A DNA stretch of 63,919 bases, filler included, from Reclinomonas americana ATCC 50394 (taxonomy: Eukaryota): the NCBI GenBank assembly GCA_048213135.1. It is 8 parts of 7 records of this genome, joined end to end, with 100 filler letters (N's around TTAATTAATTAA, not from the genome) between each part and the next. Parts side by side here need not be neighbours in the genome. Positions count along the whole stretch, not along the records: positions 1 to 24,959 come from PS015770.1; positions 25,060 to 30,306 come from PS015771.1; positions 30,407 to 45,700 come from PS015771.1; 5 more parts are not named here. The stretch is one strand, 5' to 3'. Under the pieces are notes generated by a model. The model saw nothing but the letters and a program-made list of their open reading frames with translations. It had not been told where the DNA came from and did not search any database. The position numbers were made by a program, and so were the translations under genes. Positions 23,169 through 35,659 of the stretch are shown here, piece by piece (position 1 is the stretch's first letter; each line of letters begins with the position of its first letter).

Positions 23169-24951
23169 CATTCGCCCGCGCCACACTCTCTGCCTTCCCT
23201 ACCGGCACCAGCACGTATCGCGATCTGCACGGTACGGTCGAGAGCGCTGCGGCGGGTGCCAGCGGCTCGCGACCGCGCTGGATGGAGCACGAGAAGAAGG
23301 TGCTGCGCTTCTACGCCTTCTTCAAGGAGGGTGTGCATGAGAGCAACTTCGAGAACGAGCGCGTGCGCAAGTGCATCATCCACTATTACCTCGAGGACGG
23401 CACCGTCATGGTCAGCGAGCCCAAGGTCGACAACTCCGGCATTCCGCAGGGCGCACTGCTGAAGCGCAACAAGGTGCCCCACCCCGACCCATCCGAGGGC
23501 TACATCTCCGACCAGCACCTCAACGTCGGCGAGGATGTCACCCTGTGGGGCAAGCGCATGCACATTTACGATTGCGATGCGTTTACTCGGGTGAGTGTTT
23601 CAAACAGTGCGCTTCTTCTCGAGCCGCACACTCGCTCACCACCATTCGTTGCGCAGGACGAGCTCGAGTCACAGGGCCGCTCGGTCGCCGAGCCAGAGGA
23701 TTCGCCGGCCGACCAGTACACCACTCTGCGCCAGTCTCGCGCGCCCGGTGGCCCGAAGCAGCCGTCGGATGTGCACGAACTGAAGCGTTTCCTGGAGATC
23801 TCGCATCACGGCCGTGGTTCGGCGCCGACGCAGCACGAGAAGGTCGGGTGCCAGAAGTTCCTCGAGCACGACCGCAAGGTTCTGCGTTTCCGCGCCGTGT
23901 GGGACGATCGTAGCACGCTGTACGGCCAACTGCGTTTCCTGGTTGCGTTTTCTTCCCTGTCCTGGCTTCTCATGTTCACGTCACTCACTTTTTTCCTTCG
24001 CGCGCTGCAGACGTTCTACTACTTCCTGTCAGACGACACGATCGAGGTCACGGAGCTGGTGGAGCAGAACTCGGGCTTCGATCCGTTCACCGTCTTCACT
24101 CGCCGTTCGCGTGTTCCGCGCACGTTCCGCGGACTCACCGACACACACTCGGGCGACTACATCACCGATGCCGACTTGCGCATCGGCGCCATGGTCAACC
24201 TGTACGGTCGCGAAGTGCTGCTGTTTCGTCCACCGCGACCTTTCCACCTCCATCCGTCGATTGATTTTTTCGCGACTGACACTCATCGGCGCACAGGGTG
24301 GACTGCGACGAGTACACGCAGGACTACTACCGCGAGAAGTACGGCATTGACGACTTTACCCCGATCCGCCTGGAGGTGGAGTCGGCCGAGACCTCGCAGT
24401 TGGTGAGTGCAATTGTGGGCCACGTCATTTGATATTGTGCGCACTCACACAACTGTTCGTGGTCAGTCGCCGCCGCCGTACAACGGGTTTGGCACGGAGG
24501 AGGACTCGCTGCAGTCGTGGAAGCACTTGGTGCTCAAGCCACCGAAGAAGGACGTCAAGGTTTGCGCGTGTGACGACGCACGCGCACTTTCGCAACCACT
24601 TCGAAGCACTCACACTCTCTCGTTCGCAGAGGATGATGGCCAACGAGAAGATCAACCTGCGCTTCCGCGCCAAGATGGCCACCACTCGACCGGAGGATCG
24701 CGACCGTGTGTTCCTCATCACGTTCTTCACCGCCGACGACACCCTCACCATCTACGAGCCACCACAGCGGTGAGTTTTGGTGCCTGTTGTATCAATTGGT
24801 TTGTGCTGACACTGCTTTGGTGATCGTGCAGCAACTCTGGCATCATTGGCGGCAAGTTCCTCGAGCGCCGCAAGGTGAAGAAGAACGCCGACGAGTGGTA
24901 CGGCGCGCCGGACTTTGTCGTAGGCGCCCAGCTGACGATCCACGGACACTG
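23169..24951 (+). CDS. EFHC1/EFHC2 (Rib72) axonemal DM10-domain protein, partial at both ends
   Basis: Three DM10 repeats: KKVLRFYAFFKE...YYLEDGTVMVSEP..DNSGIPQG; DRKVLRFRAVWDD...YFLSDDTIEV; NLRFRAKM...DDTLTIYEPPQRNSGIIGGKFLER. Also PPPYNGFGTEEDSL. Confidence 0.93.
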
Positions 24952-25003
24952 GTGAGCCCNNNNNNNNNNNNNNNNNNNNNNNNNNNNNNNNNNNNNNNNN
25001 NNN

Positions 25004-25015
25004 TTAATTAATTAA
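25004..25015. other. Artificial scaffold linker TTAATTAATTAA (also at 30351, 45745, 47705, 54811, 58710, 62525)
   Basis: Identical 12-mer with stops in all six frames, always flanked by ~44 N on each side. Confidence 0.97.
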
Positions 25016-25059
25016 NNNNNNNNNNNNNNNNNNNNNNNNNNNNNNNNNNNNNNNNNNNN

Positions 25060-26757
25060 TCGTTGCTGAGTCGCCGCCTCGGCAGTGCGAACGGCTTGGC
25101 GCTGGCGCTGAGTCCGATGAGCGCCGGCACAACAACGGAGGATGCCTCGACCCCGAGCGGCATTCTGAAGCGCCTGGGATCTCGCGCACAGCTTCAAGTG
25201 AATTCCGACTCGGTGTCGCCACGCTGTGACCTGAGTCCGCGCAAGAGCGTCACCTGGTTCGACAATCCACCGGGCGACGGCAAGTCGGCACCCGCCGCCG
25301 ATCAGCAGCAGCCGCAGCAACCGCAGCAACCGCAGCAGTCGGCACACCGGCAGCAGGCGGCAGGCACGGTCACTTCACCGGGCTCGGCAGCTGCTGCCGG
25401 AGCCACGCATGCGCCGCCACCGCAGTTGCTGGTCACCAGCCTCACGGGTGCGACTGTGGCCGCCGAGAGTTGCCCGATCACCGCCACAGAGGGTGCTGAG
25501 TCGTTGAAGAAGCGACGGATTGTGCGCAAGCGCAAGGTGGTCAAGGGTGCGGAGGAAGACAACGCCGCCACCGCCGCCGGCAGCGTGGGATCCAGTGGTG
25601 TGATGGCCAGCGAGGTGACCGCATACGGACGAGCTGGCGGTGAGGACCGCAGTTCGATTGTGTCTGTGGCCCCGGACAACGCGATCTCCGGTCGTACGGA
25701 TGACGACTGTGACGGTGACGACGATGACGACGATTTGGCGTCGGCGTCGATTGAGCCGGAGCTGTCGGCCCGCTCGACCAGCAGCCCTGTGCCGGTGGTC
25801 CTCGTGGGCAAGGCCAAGGCTGCGGGCAAGCAAAAGGAGACGGTGCTGGCTGTGATGCACGCACCGGGAGCCATTAGCCGCGAGCTGTCGCCGAATGCCG
25901 ACCAAGACGAACTGCACCATCGTGGACGCGGTGTCCCCAGTGGCTCGGCGAGCAGTATTCTTGCTCTGCTGGCTCCGCCCACCGGCAATGGCGGTGGCAA
26001 GAGTGGTGGCAGTAATTCGTCGTCATCGTCATCGTCCTCCTCCTTGTCGACGGCCCAACTGGCCGGTCTGACTCCACGCACGGCCGCACTCGTGACAAGT
26101 GATGACGTGTTTCTGAAGGTCGGATACGCCGGCGACGACACGCCCAGCATTGTCAGCATCAGTGGGAGCGACACTGAGGAGTCGGTGCCCGACTACTTTG
26201 CTCGCTTCGCGGCGGTGCACCCCACTTCGCGACGACGCATCACGGAGACGTCGCCGCACCGTGTGGTTGCCGTCTCTGCGCCCGCTGTGCCCTCGGCGGC
26301 TGCGAGCGGCAGTCACTCTGGCGCCGGCGCGGTGGACATGAATTTGCGCAATCCGCGTCGCACCACACCGGCTGCCATGCAGCTGCAGTTGGTGAGTATT
26401 TGGCGATTGATTGCTCTCCTCGTGTCATGGTTGTGACTAATTTCTTCCGATGTGCAGGAACGACGACTGCGTGCCAAGCGCTCCAAGCAAGCGCGTCAGG
26501 CCAAGCAGCAAGCGCATCCACCCCAGCAGCAACAACAACAACCTCATCACCCAGTGCAGCAGCACTCGCCCACCAGTGCCGGTGACAGTCGGCGGCCGGC
26601 CTCACTCGATCTGGCCCTGCTGTCGCCGGCGTCGATCCTGAAGGGTCCTGACGCACGACCACCGCAGCCGTCGCCACGCTCGTTGATACTGGACGGCGAG
26701 TGCCTCATCAGTCCGCGAACAGGGCGGCGAATCCGATTTGCCTCCGCTGCCCAGTAG
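25060..26757 (+). CDS. Hypothetical low-complexity (Ser/Ala/Pro/Gln-rich) protein, two exons, start uncertain
   Basis: A 457-codon open frame with coding-like codon usage, a GTGAGT...TGCAG intron at ~26392-26457, and a second exon ending RIRFASAAQ*. No recognisable domain. Confidence 0.55.
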
Positions 26758-26914
26758 TCAGTGAGAGGATGAGGGGGTGGGCTTTTTTGTTGTTGAGGGT
26801 TTTGCGTGTCCGCCGCAATCGCCGCCGTTATGAGAAGTGCATTATGAATGTTGCCTTTATTACACACATTGTGATCGCACGAGGGGGGAGGAGGAGAGCG
26901 CGGCGAGGGTCCAC

Positions 26915-28476
26915 TCATACGACCACCGTCGAGCGCATTGAACGGGGTGATTTTGATCGGAGTGACCTCGGTGATTTCTGCCGCCGCACCAGACTCATCA
27001 CATCGGATGCTGCACCACGCACACAGAGAGAGGGTCAGATAGTGGAGACGCGTGTGAGCTCACACGACTGCACGCACCCATGCTCATCAACTGGACGGTG
27101 CTGTCGACAGTGACCGAGTCGTGGCCGAGTGTGCGACCAGGTGAGTGCAGCATTTGTTCCACGGCCTTGAAGTATCTGCAACAGGAGACACACTTCCTTT
27201 CAGCACGGGTGGAAGTGCAGCCGAAGAATATAAATCAACGCAACGTTTTCGGCAGAGGAGCCGGCTGCGGTGTGCCCTTGTCGCGCGGACTGGTGATGCG
27301 TCTGTCGCCTGGAATCATCGACTCAAAGAGCGGACCCACTTCTAGGTCTGGCGACCTCCGGCCACGCATCTGGTTGGTGGCCACCATACCGTAGGTGGCC
27401 GAGTCGGGTGGGTTCTTGTACACGGGCTGTGGCAGGAATTCCGGCTTGTTGAAGGCGGATTCGGGTCGCGTGGCCGTGCGGAATTCAGCCGTGCCCTTCC
27501 ACAGCGACTTGGTGACAGGCCGGATCGGCTCGTCGGGCTTCGCCTCCATCGGCGCCATGTGAATCACACCGTGCTTGCGAATCTCGTCGCGGATGCGTTC
27601 ATCCTGTGTCCGTGGTCCGAAGCGGAACGGACCGCGGATCTGCACGGCCGGCTGATCGCGTCGCAAGTCGTACACGGTGGGGTGCAGCAGATTGCCGACA
27701 TTCTGCTCATTCTGCGTAATGAGCCCGTACCGTGGCTGCTGAATGCGAACCTCATTGCTCTTCTCCACAGCGGCCACGCGCTCTCGTTCGGTCACATATC
27801 GACTCGGAGAGACGCACGAGTGAGCAATCTCCAAGTCGGGATTGCGATCCCGGAAGTGGTGGTGTGCCGGGTGCGCCAGCAGCAGAGCATCATTGAACCG
27901 AACTGCAACACACCGGGCGCGTCAACACGAGGACAGCCACAGGGGGAAAGGCGCGCTGTGGACAGAGGTGACTGACCTCGAATGGTATCATTCGCCACCT
28001 GCTCCACAAACTTCTCCATGCGCTCTCGCGCCTTGGCCGCCAGCTGCTCCCGCTTGGACGAGTGACGCAACGACGACGACGACGGTGACAGCGCAGTCAC
28101 ACTGCGCCCGGCCTCACTCGCCGCATCCCGCGCCTGCAGCTCTCCACCCGGACCATGAGTGCCCAAGCTCCTGTGTCATATACACCATGAGCGACAATGA
28201 GTGAGATAGAGAGAAGGACGTGGTGTAAGCAACGTACGTGTAGGCGCGTGACACGGGCGAGTCGCTGACTGCGGTGGAGAAGGCGCTGCCTGCGGGTGAT
28301 TGAGGGTGTTGTTGTTGTTGTGCTGCTGTGTTGACTCTGCGACGACCGGCGACTGGGTTGGCAGAGGTCGTTGTGCTTGGTGTTGTCATGTACTCTGCTT
28401 GCTGTTGCTGCTGTTCTCGTTGTTGTTGCTGTGCGGCCTCTTGGCGCCGCCGACGGATTTGATGTGCGTTGATCAT
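26915..28476 (-). CDS. Hypothetical protein with duplicated (F/L)RxxxPx.EI...R...xxERV/I motif
   Basis: Exons join with canonical splice sites from MINAHQIRRRRQ to ...KTYFKAVEQM...RSTVVV*. Long central exon ~27245-27905. Confidence 0.55.
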
Positions 28477-28698
28477 TGAGGAGAGAGAGCCTCGGACACT
28501 GTCACACACACACACACGCACGAGCGACGAGAGAGGAGATAGAGAGAGACACACACGCGCGCGCACACACACAGAGGGCACAGTGAAGGTGAGAGATGAA
28601 GAGAGATGAGAGAGAGACCTTGCGGTTGTGATTCGATATTAAGAAGAGAGTCGTTTTCATTTGCTCGCGCGCCGACTGACTGAATGCGTTGAAGGTTG

Positions 28699-30306
28699 TC
28701 ATCGCGCGACCAGGGCATTGGCGCGTCGCAGCTTCTCCTTGAGGGCGCTGTGCAATTAACAACAAGGCAACAACAAGCAGAACAACATTACTTGTCAGCT
28801 GCGTGAAAGAGAGCGACTGCGACAGGGGAATTGTTTCGCACCGGATTTGGCTGAAAATGGCGGTAAGCAACTGCTTGACTTGGGCCAGCAGTTTGGTGCG
28901 GCCGGCAAAGCAGTCGCGCAGCTCAAAGTAGCGCCGCTGGGAGTAGTCGTTGAAGGCGTGCAGAGCTTGGATGTCGCTCTGCATTTGCTGGTAGCTGCGA
29001 AACGGGAGGGAAATGGTCGGAAAAATGTGTGCGAAAAGACAAGAAGCAATCAGGCAAAACGCAACGTCTCCCACTGCAGTCGCTGGATGCGGAGCATGGC
29101 GTCGTCCTGGATGATGGTGTCGAGAATGTGCGAGACTGCTGCGGCGCCGGGTCCGACTGCGGGCGGGGCGAATTCGTCTGTGTGCACAACAACGCGATCA
29201 GCTTGGTGGTCACAGGTCGGTCACACGCAGAACAGGGCGGCCACCACACCTTGCTCCAGCGACGACGGCTCTGCCGTGTCGTCGGTAGTCATGTGATCCG
29301 CAGGCTGTGGCGGCGGAACGGACGCTTGCCCGCGATTGGGTGGTGGTTCGGCGGCTGCCGATGCCGTGGCCGCAGCAAACGATGCGGCTGCGGCGGAGAG
29401 TCGCTCGCGTTCAGCAGCTACCGCCTGCTCCTTGGCGGCTTCGGCGGCGGCTTCGGCTTCTGCTGCTGCGGCGGCGGCAGCGGCCTCCGCCTCGGCCTTC
29501 GCAGCCGCCTCGGCAGCCGCGGCTTGTTCGCGCGCACGCGCGGCCGTCATTTTGCGATGTTCGAGCTCGGCCGGGTTCTCCTGCGCGCCCTGCTGCATCC
29601 GGCGCAATTCCTCCAGCGTGTAGCCGCGTCCTTTGGAGTTGCGCTTGCCATCGGTGGCGGCGGTGGTGGTGGTGGAAGTGGCGGCTGCAGCGGTGGCGGA
29701 AGGTGTGAATGAAATTGGCGCTGGCGGCTGCACAGGTGCGGCGGCGCGCGCAGGTGGCTGAAATGCCGAAGCGGGAGCTGAAGCAGCAGCAGGTTGAGTG
29801 GCAGCAGCAGGAGCAGGTGGAGCAGGAGCCGGTTGTGCAACGGCGGGCAGCACAGAAGCAGCTGGCTGTGCCACGGCGACAGGCTGCGCCACAGCAACAG
29901 CAGGAGCTGGCGGAACTGAAGCAGCTGGCTGTGCCACGGCAACAGCGGGCTGCATGGGAGCAGCGGCAGGTGGTGGAACAGGCTGCGCCGCAGGTTGTAC
30001 TGAAACTGGAGCGGCAGGAGCAGGGGCAGGTTGTACTGGGGCAGGTGATTGCGCCAAAGCAGCAGCAGGAGCAGCAGGAGCAGCAGCAGCAGGAGCAGCG
30101 GCAGGAGCAGCGGCGGCCGGAGCAGCAGCAGCAGGAGCAGCAGCAGCAGCAGCAGCAGGAGCAGCAGCAACAGCAGCAGGAGCAGCAGCAACAGCAGCAG
30201 GAGCAGCAGCAACAGCAGCAGGAGCAGCAGCAGGAGCAGCAGCAGCAGGAGCAGGAGCAGGAGCAGCAGGAGCCACAGCAGCAGCAGGAGCAGGAGCAGG
30301 AGCAGC
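28699..30306 (-). CDS. KxDL-domain (KXD1/BORCS4-like) protein with long Ala/Pro-rich N-terminus (5' partial)
   Basis: C-terminal exons give IQRLQWETYQQMQSDIQALHAFNDYSQRRYFELRDCFAGRTKLLAQVKQLLTAIFSQIRALKEKL, matching the KxDL-domain pattern (N..S..R......F...T.LL...K.dL..IF..IR.LK.KL). Confidence 0.72.
30055..30306. repeat. (CAG/GCA)n-derived coding repeat encoding (PAAAA)n on the minus strand
   Basis: Tandem gcagcaggagcagcag... units running to the scaffold end. Confidence 0.85.
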
Positions 30307-30518
30307 NNNNNNNNNNNNNNNNNNNNNNNNNNNNNNNNNNNNNNNNNNNNTTAATTAATTAANNNNNNNNNNNNNNNNNNNNNNNNNNNNNNNNNNNNNN
30401 NNNNNNAAAAGGGTGGGAGAAAGAGTACAGAGACAGAGAGATGTGCAAGTCAACAGGCGGCTTGTGTGTCGACTGCACAACTCTGTAGCGACGGTGACGG
30501 TGACAGTGGATCCTGCGC

Positions 30519-33248
30519 TCAATCGGCTCCTCCGCGATTGCGTGGATGTCCGCGGTTTGGAGGTGGCGTCGAAGCCGAGGCCGGTCGCTGTTGCACGTGT
30601 CTGACGCGGAAGGGTGAGCAGAGCACTCAACTGTACATGTCACTGGGAGCAATACGATTCTACGCAACTGGCTCATTTTTTGCACGGTGCGACTGAACTC
30701 CAGCACCGGAGGGGAACGCTCCAAGTCGGCCCACGTGCGAGATGCACCCGCCATCCTGCCGGCGCAACACATTCTTAATTCCCAGCTCAGCTACTTCATG
30801 ATTCACGAGCAACACACCAGCCATCTTCGGTACGCGTCCGTCCCAACGAGGCGACCTCGGCACGCCTTCTGGCCAACTCCACACGCGGGCCCTCCAGCGC
30901 CTGCTGGTACTCGACCGCGCTGGCTGGATCGTCGTCGGCGACGGTCGGCAAAAAGTGCACAGACACCTCACTGCTGCCACGCGCTGCACACCGCAACAGC
31001 GTGTGAGGCCAGCACAAATGACGCGCGTCACCTCCACGCCACGAACCAAACGAGGTGTGCTGCAGCACCGAGTTCAGGTAGCGGCGCACGTCTTGGTGGT
31101 GTGTCGACGAAGAGTAGCGATCGCCGCGGGTGCGGTTCATCAGAAAAGCTGTGGTGCCAGTCAGGTGTGCACACCACACGACGAGAACACGGCGAGTCAA
31201 CGCAACAGACACTGGCACGATGCTTGGGAGGCACCTCAGAGAGCATGTCGGCGCGAATAAGGAGCCGCAAAACAGCGTCGTCCCACGGCTGATCGAGCAC
31301 CACAAAGACGTGGTGGCAGGTGGAGAGCAAGAAAATGGCCAGTTGAAGCGACTGGCCAGCGACACGGATGAGGGCAGGGACGGGAGGAATACCGCGCAGA
31401 CGACCAGCGGCGACGCAACATGCAGTTCGACGACATTCTCCAGCGACCCAGCCTCGTCGATCAGCTCCACATCCCTCTTTAGCAGCGAGTACAGCAACGA
31501 GACACTCATCAGTGGCTGAGAGAGAGAGCGAGGGGAGAGAGTGAGATACATCATCTTTGCATGCGGGTTCAAGCACCTCACCTGTGAGTCCAACACAAAG
31601 AGACGATCGCGATTGATGCACATGTCGACACCGTCGGTGCCGTGCTGTGACGCCACCATGTCGGCGGCTGTCTGCATCTTGAACCACAACGAACGCTGCA
31701 ATCACATCACAATGAGTGCGACAACAGGCACGATCGAGAAAGATCCAGGCACACACACACACCGGCACATCGGCCAAGCAGGTGGCCACGAACGACTTGC
31801 CGCTGCCCTGTGCGCCGAGAACGCCGACAACCTGAAACTCGGTGTTTCTCTGGCTCACAAACGGTTTCCAGTGGTCACCCATAAAGTGCATGTCGCTTCC
31901 GATGAGACTTCGCTGTGCCAGCGGCAACGACTCGCCGCTGACCCACACACGTGTCTGGCTGGCATCGTCTTTCGCTACAGTCACAGGCGGCGACACGGCC
32001 GTGCCATGCACCTCTGCGAGAGGGAGGGTCGGATACGGAACAATGTCAATGCGCAAAACACGCACCACACACACACCTCCATCCGCCGGCAACTCTTCCA
32101 AGTAGTCGGCATCGCCACCTGCCGCACCGGCTCCCAGGGAAGACGATGGCTGCAACGAGGCACCGCTGCCGCTGCCACTGCCACCGGCTGCAGACTGCGG
32201 GGCACCAGGTGGTCCTTTGCGAGCACGTTGCCGGTCGCGTCGCGTCTGCTTCTTGGGCGACACCATCGCATTCCCCGCACCACCTTCAGCGTTGCGCGAC
32301 GAGGGGCGCGGAGGAACACGACCCATGCCATGCGGGCCGGGGTGCGGCACATTGGACGGCAGAACGGGTCGCGGAGCAGCCATAACCGGCGGCTGTGGCG
32401 GCGGTGGTGGTGGTGGCGGCGGCGGTGGTGTAGGATCAGACACGGCAGCGGCCGCAGCCGGCGCTGCGAGTCACTGATGAGAGAAAGAGTCGTGGCAGCA
32501 GCGAAGCGATGCATACCAGGTGGTCGCGGAAGCACTCGTCGCATGGCGCCACCATCCTCGTCACCAGCACCGACAGCCGCCACTGCAGCATCAACCGGAC
32601 GACGCTCCTTTCGCCGTCGCCCTCCACGCGCCAAGCCTTGCACGTGCACGCCACACCATGAGCATCGTCGACACGCATTCACCATTGCAACGAAAACAAA
32701 AACACTCACCAGGCGGTCCTCGCATCGGCGGTGGCGGTGTCTGCGATGCCGGAGGAGGAGGAGGAGCAGCAGGCATCGGCCTCGCAACAACCGCAGGAGC
32801 ACTGGTGGGTCGGAACTCAGGCACCGCCAACAGCGACGCCACTGCCTCGGCATTCGCCTGCCCGAATGCACACTCAGTCACCTGACCAAAACACTCGAGG
32901 AGAACGCGCGCTCGCTTACCTCGCGCTTGAGCAACGAGAACGCCGTCGAAGGCAGCGGCCGCATCATGCCCTTTTGCGAGAGAGAGAGAGAATGAGCAGC
33001 AGCAATCACACATGCACACACATGCGCGTACTCACTGATGATGCAGGTGGTTGAGGAGGAGGCGGAGGTGCTGCTCGTCGTCGCCGATAGTCGCCCTCAC
33101 TATCCTCCTCGGCATCGTCCTCCTCGCGTCGCTGCCTGCCGCCTCCTCCGCGACCCACTGAGAATGCAATGTGAGTGAACATGAGCACACAAAGAGAAGA
33201 CAGAGAAGAAGACAGACCTTTGCGGCGCGCGGCAACAAGATCGCTCAT
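30519..33248 (-). CDS. SMG9: SMG9 nonsense-mediated decay factor
   Basis: Pro-rich N-terminus, VVGVLGAQGSGKS (P-loop), HGTDGVDMCINRDRLFVLDSQPLMS, ELHSLQLAIFLLSTCHHVFVVLD, LLIRADML, and C-terminal TEDGWMAGASRTW. Confidence 0.88.
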
Positions 33249-33303
33249 TGCGCGCGTGAGAATGAAGAGGATGACACAAATTTTCAAAGTCACTTTTTTC
33301 GCA

Positions 33304-35500
33304 ATGTCGGATAAGGCGCGCGCTCACTGCCTCACTCATGCCACACACACACACGCACTCACTGACTTTGCTGTGTGTATGCAGAGAGGCAGCTCGCTGA
33401 GCTCATTTCGCCCTGCGCCCGGGTCGCCTCGTCGCCCGAGTCCCTATGTCGGTGTCGACGAGTATGATCTTGTGAGTCTCTCTCTCTCGCCCTCTTACAA
33501 ACACACATACACAGACACACAGTGCATGTGCTCACTGATGCACAGCCGTCGCCTGCAACGTTTGTGACACGCGAGGCTCCGGCGAGATGCAAGGTGCTGA
33601 TTTTGGCGCGATGTAACAAATGAGGATCACACACTCTCATACTTGTTTTGTGTCTCTGTGAAAGGACTGGTGGGGCGCGCTGTTCTTTGTCGCTCAAGTG
33701 TCGCTGGTGATTGTGGCGGCCGTCAAGGGCGCCATTCATCTGCCTCTGCCCAAACCCGACACGCAGTACCCATGTTCGCCTTCATTTTCGTTCAGTCTCT
33801 AGCTTTCTCCTTTCTCTTATGCGTCTGTTGTTGCGCACAGTTGATGTTACGCCGCAGCATGCGGGGCAGTACGCGTATGTACTGGCAGTGGTCGTCGTGC
33901 AAAGTGCAGTGCTGTCGGCGGTGTTTGTTGTGGCGTCGCACTTTGCCAGCAAGCTGCTGTTGTACACGTCGGGAATGATCTGCTTGTTCATCTACGGCGG
34001 CATCGGCATGCTGTTGGTGTTTGATGTCGAAAAGTACCGGCCGTACTCGGCGGTGCCGTTTGCCATTGGCGCCATTGTGCTGCTCTACAGCTTGTACCTG
34101 TGCGCGCGTGTCGACCTCACGTGTCACCTGACGAAGATTGTCGGCGCCGTCTGTGTCAAGTTCCCGGCGCTGATTGGCTCGGCGATTCTCGTGCTCGTGT
34201 TGCAGGTGTGTCTGCGGGTTAGTAGCGACACATGCATTCTGGCTGTGGTGACTCACTGTCCGCCCCCCCGTAGCTGTCGTACTCGTGCGTGTTCCTGCTG
34301 TCGGTGTTCACGCTCACCGAGAGCAGCCTGCTGCCGGTGTTCCTGCCGCTTCTCATCATCAGCTTCCTGTACACACTGCAAAGTGCGTCTCTCTCTATTC
34401 CCTCTGCACACCAACGATGATCCCCACCCCTCTCTTTGGCTGTGGTGCAGCGTTCAGCAACATTCTGGTGGTGGTCGTGAGTGGCACCATCGGCGCTCGG
34501 TTGTATGCTCTCGAGAGCACGCCGGGGAGGGTGCTGGGCAGGTGAGTACCGCTGTTTGCGTGCGTCAGGAGCGCAGTGGACCAATGTCGTGCTTGCAGAG
34601 CTCTCGGTAAGAGTTTCGGTAGCATCTGCGTCGGCTCGCTCTTCAGTGGACCAGTGACGTTCTTCCACTCGCTCGGCCGTCTGCTCAGGTCTGTTGTCGC
34701 GCGCGCGTGCATGGGACAGCGTTGTGGCTCCGGTCGCTCACCCCAGTGTGCCTGCAGATGCAGCAGCTCAAAGTGCTGCTGCTGCTGCCGATGCTCGGGG
34801 TGCTGCAGGTCGTGCGGCGAGTCGATTGCGCGCACCTTCAACCAGTACGCCTACGTGCATGTGGCGCTGTATGGAAAGGGATACTTTAGGGCGGCAAAGG
34901 ACACGTGGGTCGCCATTAGCGAGTCCAATGTCGGTGCGGTCGCCGCCCTTTGTCACACACACTCTCTCTCTGCCTTGGCTCACCTCTGAACAACGCAGAC
35001 TCGATCATCAATCTGGTGAGCGTCAACATTCTGGCATTTGTGTTCTCCATGAACGCCGCAGGTGTGCTCTTCCCCCCACCCCTCTCCACTCGTTTGATTC
35101 GTGTCGGGTTGGTGACCGCAGATCAATGTGCAGGTGCGGGCTTCTTGGTCGGCATGATGTGGACGAAATCGCTGTTCCCGGCCGCCGAGTCGCTAGAGTG
35201 GGCCGTCGTTGGCACTTGCGGAGCGCTGCTGGCCTTCTTTGTCTCCTACTCCATGTCGCGCATTATCACGGCCGGTGTGATGACCACGTTTGTGTGCTTT
35301 GCTCACGACGAGAACATGGATTTGAGCGTGGAGGCACTTGGCGCACTGCGTTCTGCCATGCGCGAGCAGCAGTATACGAAGCTCATGTCGGGCAGGTGAG
35401 ATCCAGAGTATGCTGCTGCTAACACATACCCTCAATTCCTCACCGCGTTCGTGCACACAGAAACACCGAGTACGACGCCAATGTGAATACGGTGGCATGA
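33304..35500 (+). CDS. Choline transporter-like (SLC44/PNS1) membrane protein
   Basis: KDWWGALFF, multiple TM exons, KSFGSICVGSL, Cys-rich CCCC segment, FNQYAYVHVALYGKGYFRAAKDTW, TTFVCFAHD. Start at 33304 (via a GC-AG intron) or at 33379. Confidence 0.88.
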
Positions 35501-35659
35501 GGATGAAAAACAAAGAGTACAAAAAGGAACCATGTTGTTATTCAGTTCTCTTTTCCCATCATCATTCCCGACTCCACGGGCTGCGTGGTGAAAGGATGTT
35601 GAGTACGCAGTGTGTGTCCAAGGCAGCGAAATGCTCAGGCAGTACCTGCATCACAACAA

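Noticed and set aside
29709..30362. Plus-strand poly-Gln/Glu, poly-Ser and minus-strand poly-Leu ORFs
   Set aside because: These are shadow frames of the CAG-type repeat. The frame that splices into the KxDL domain is the Ala/Pro one.
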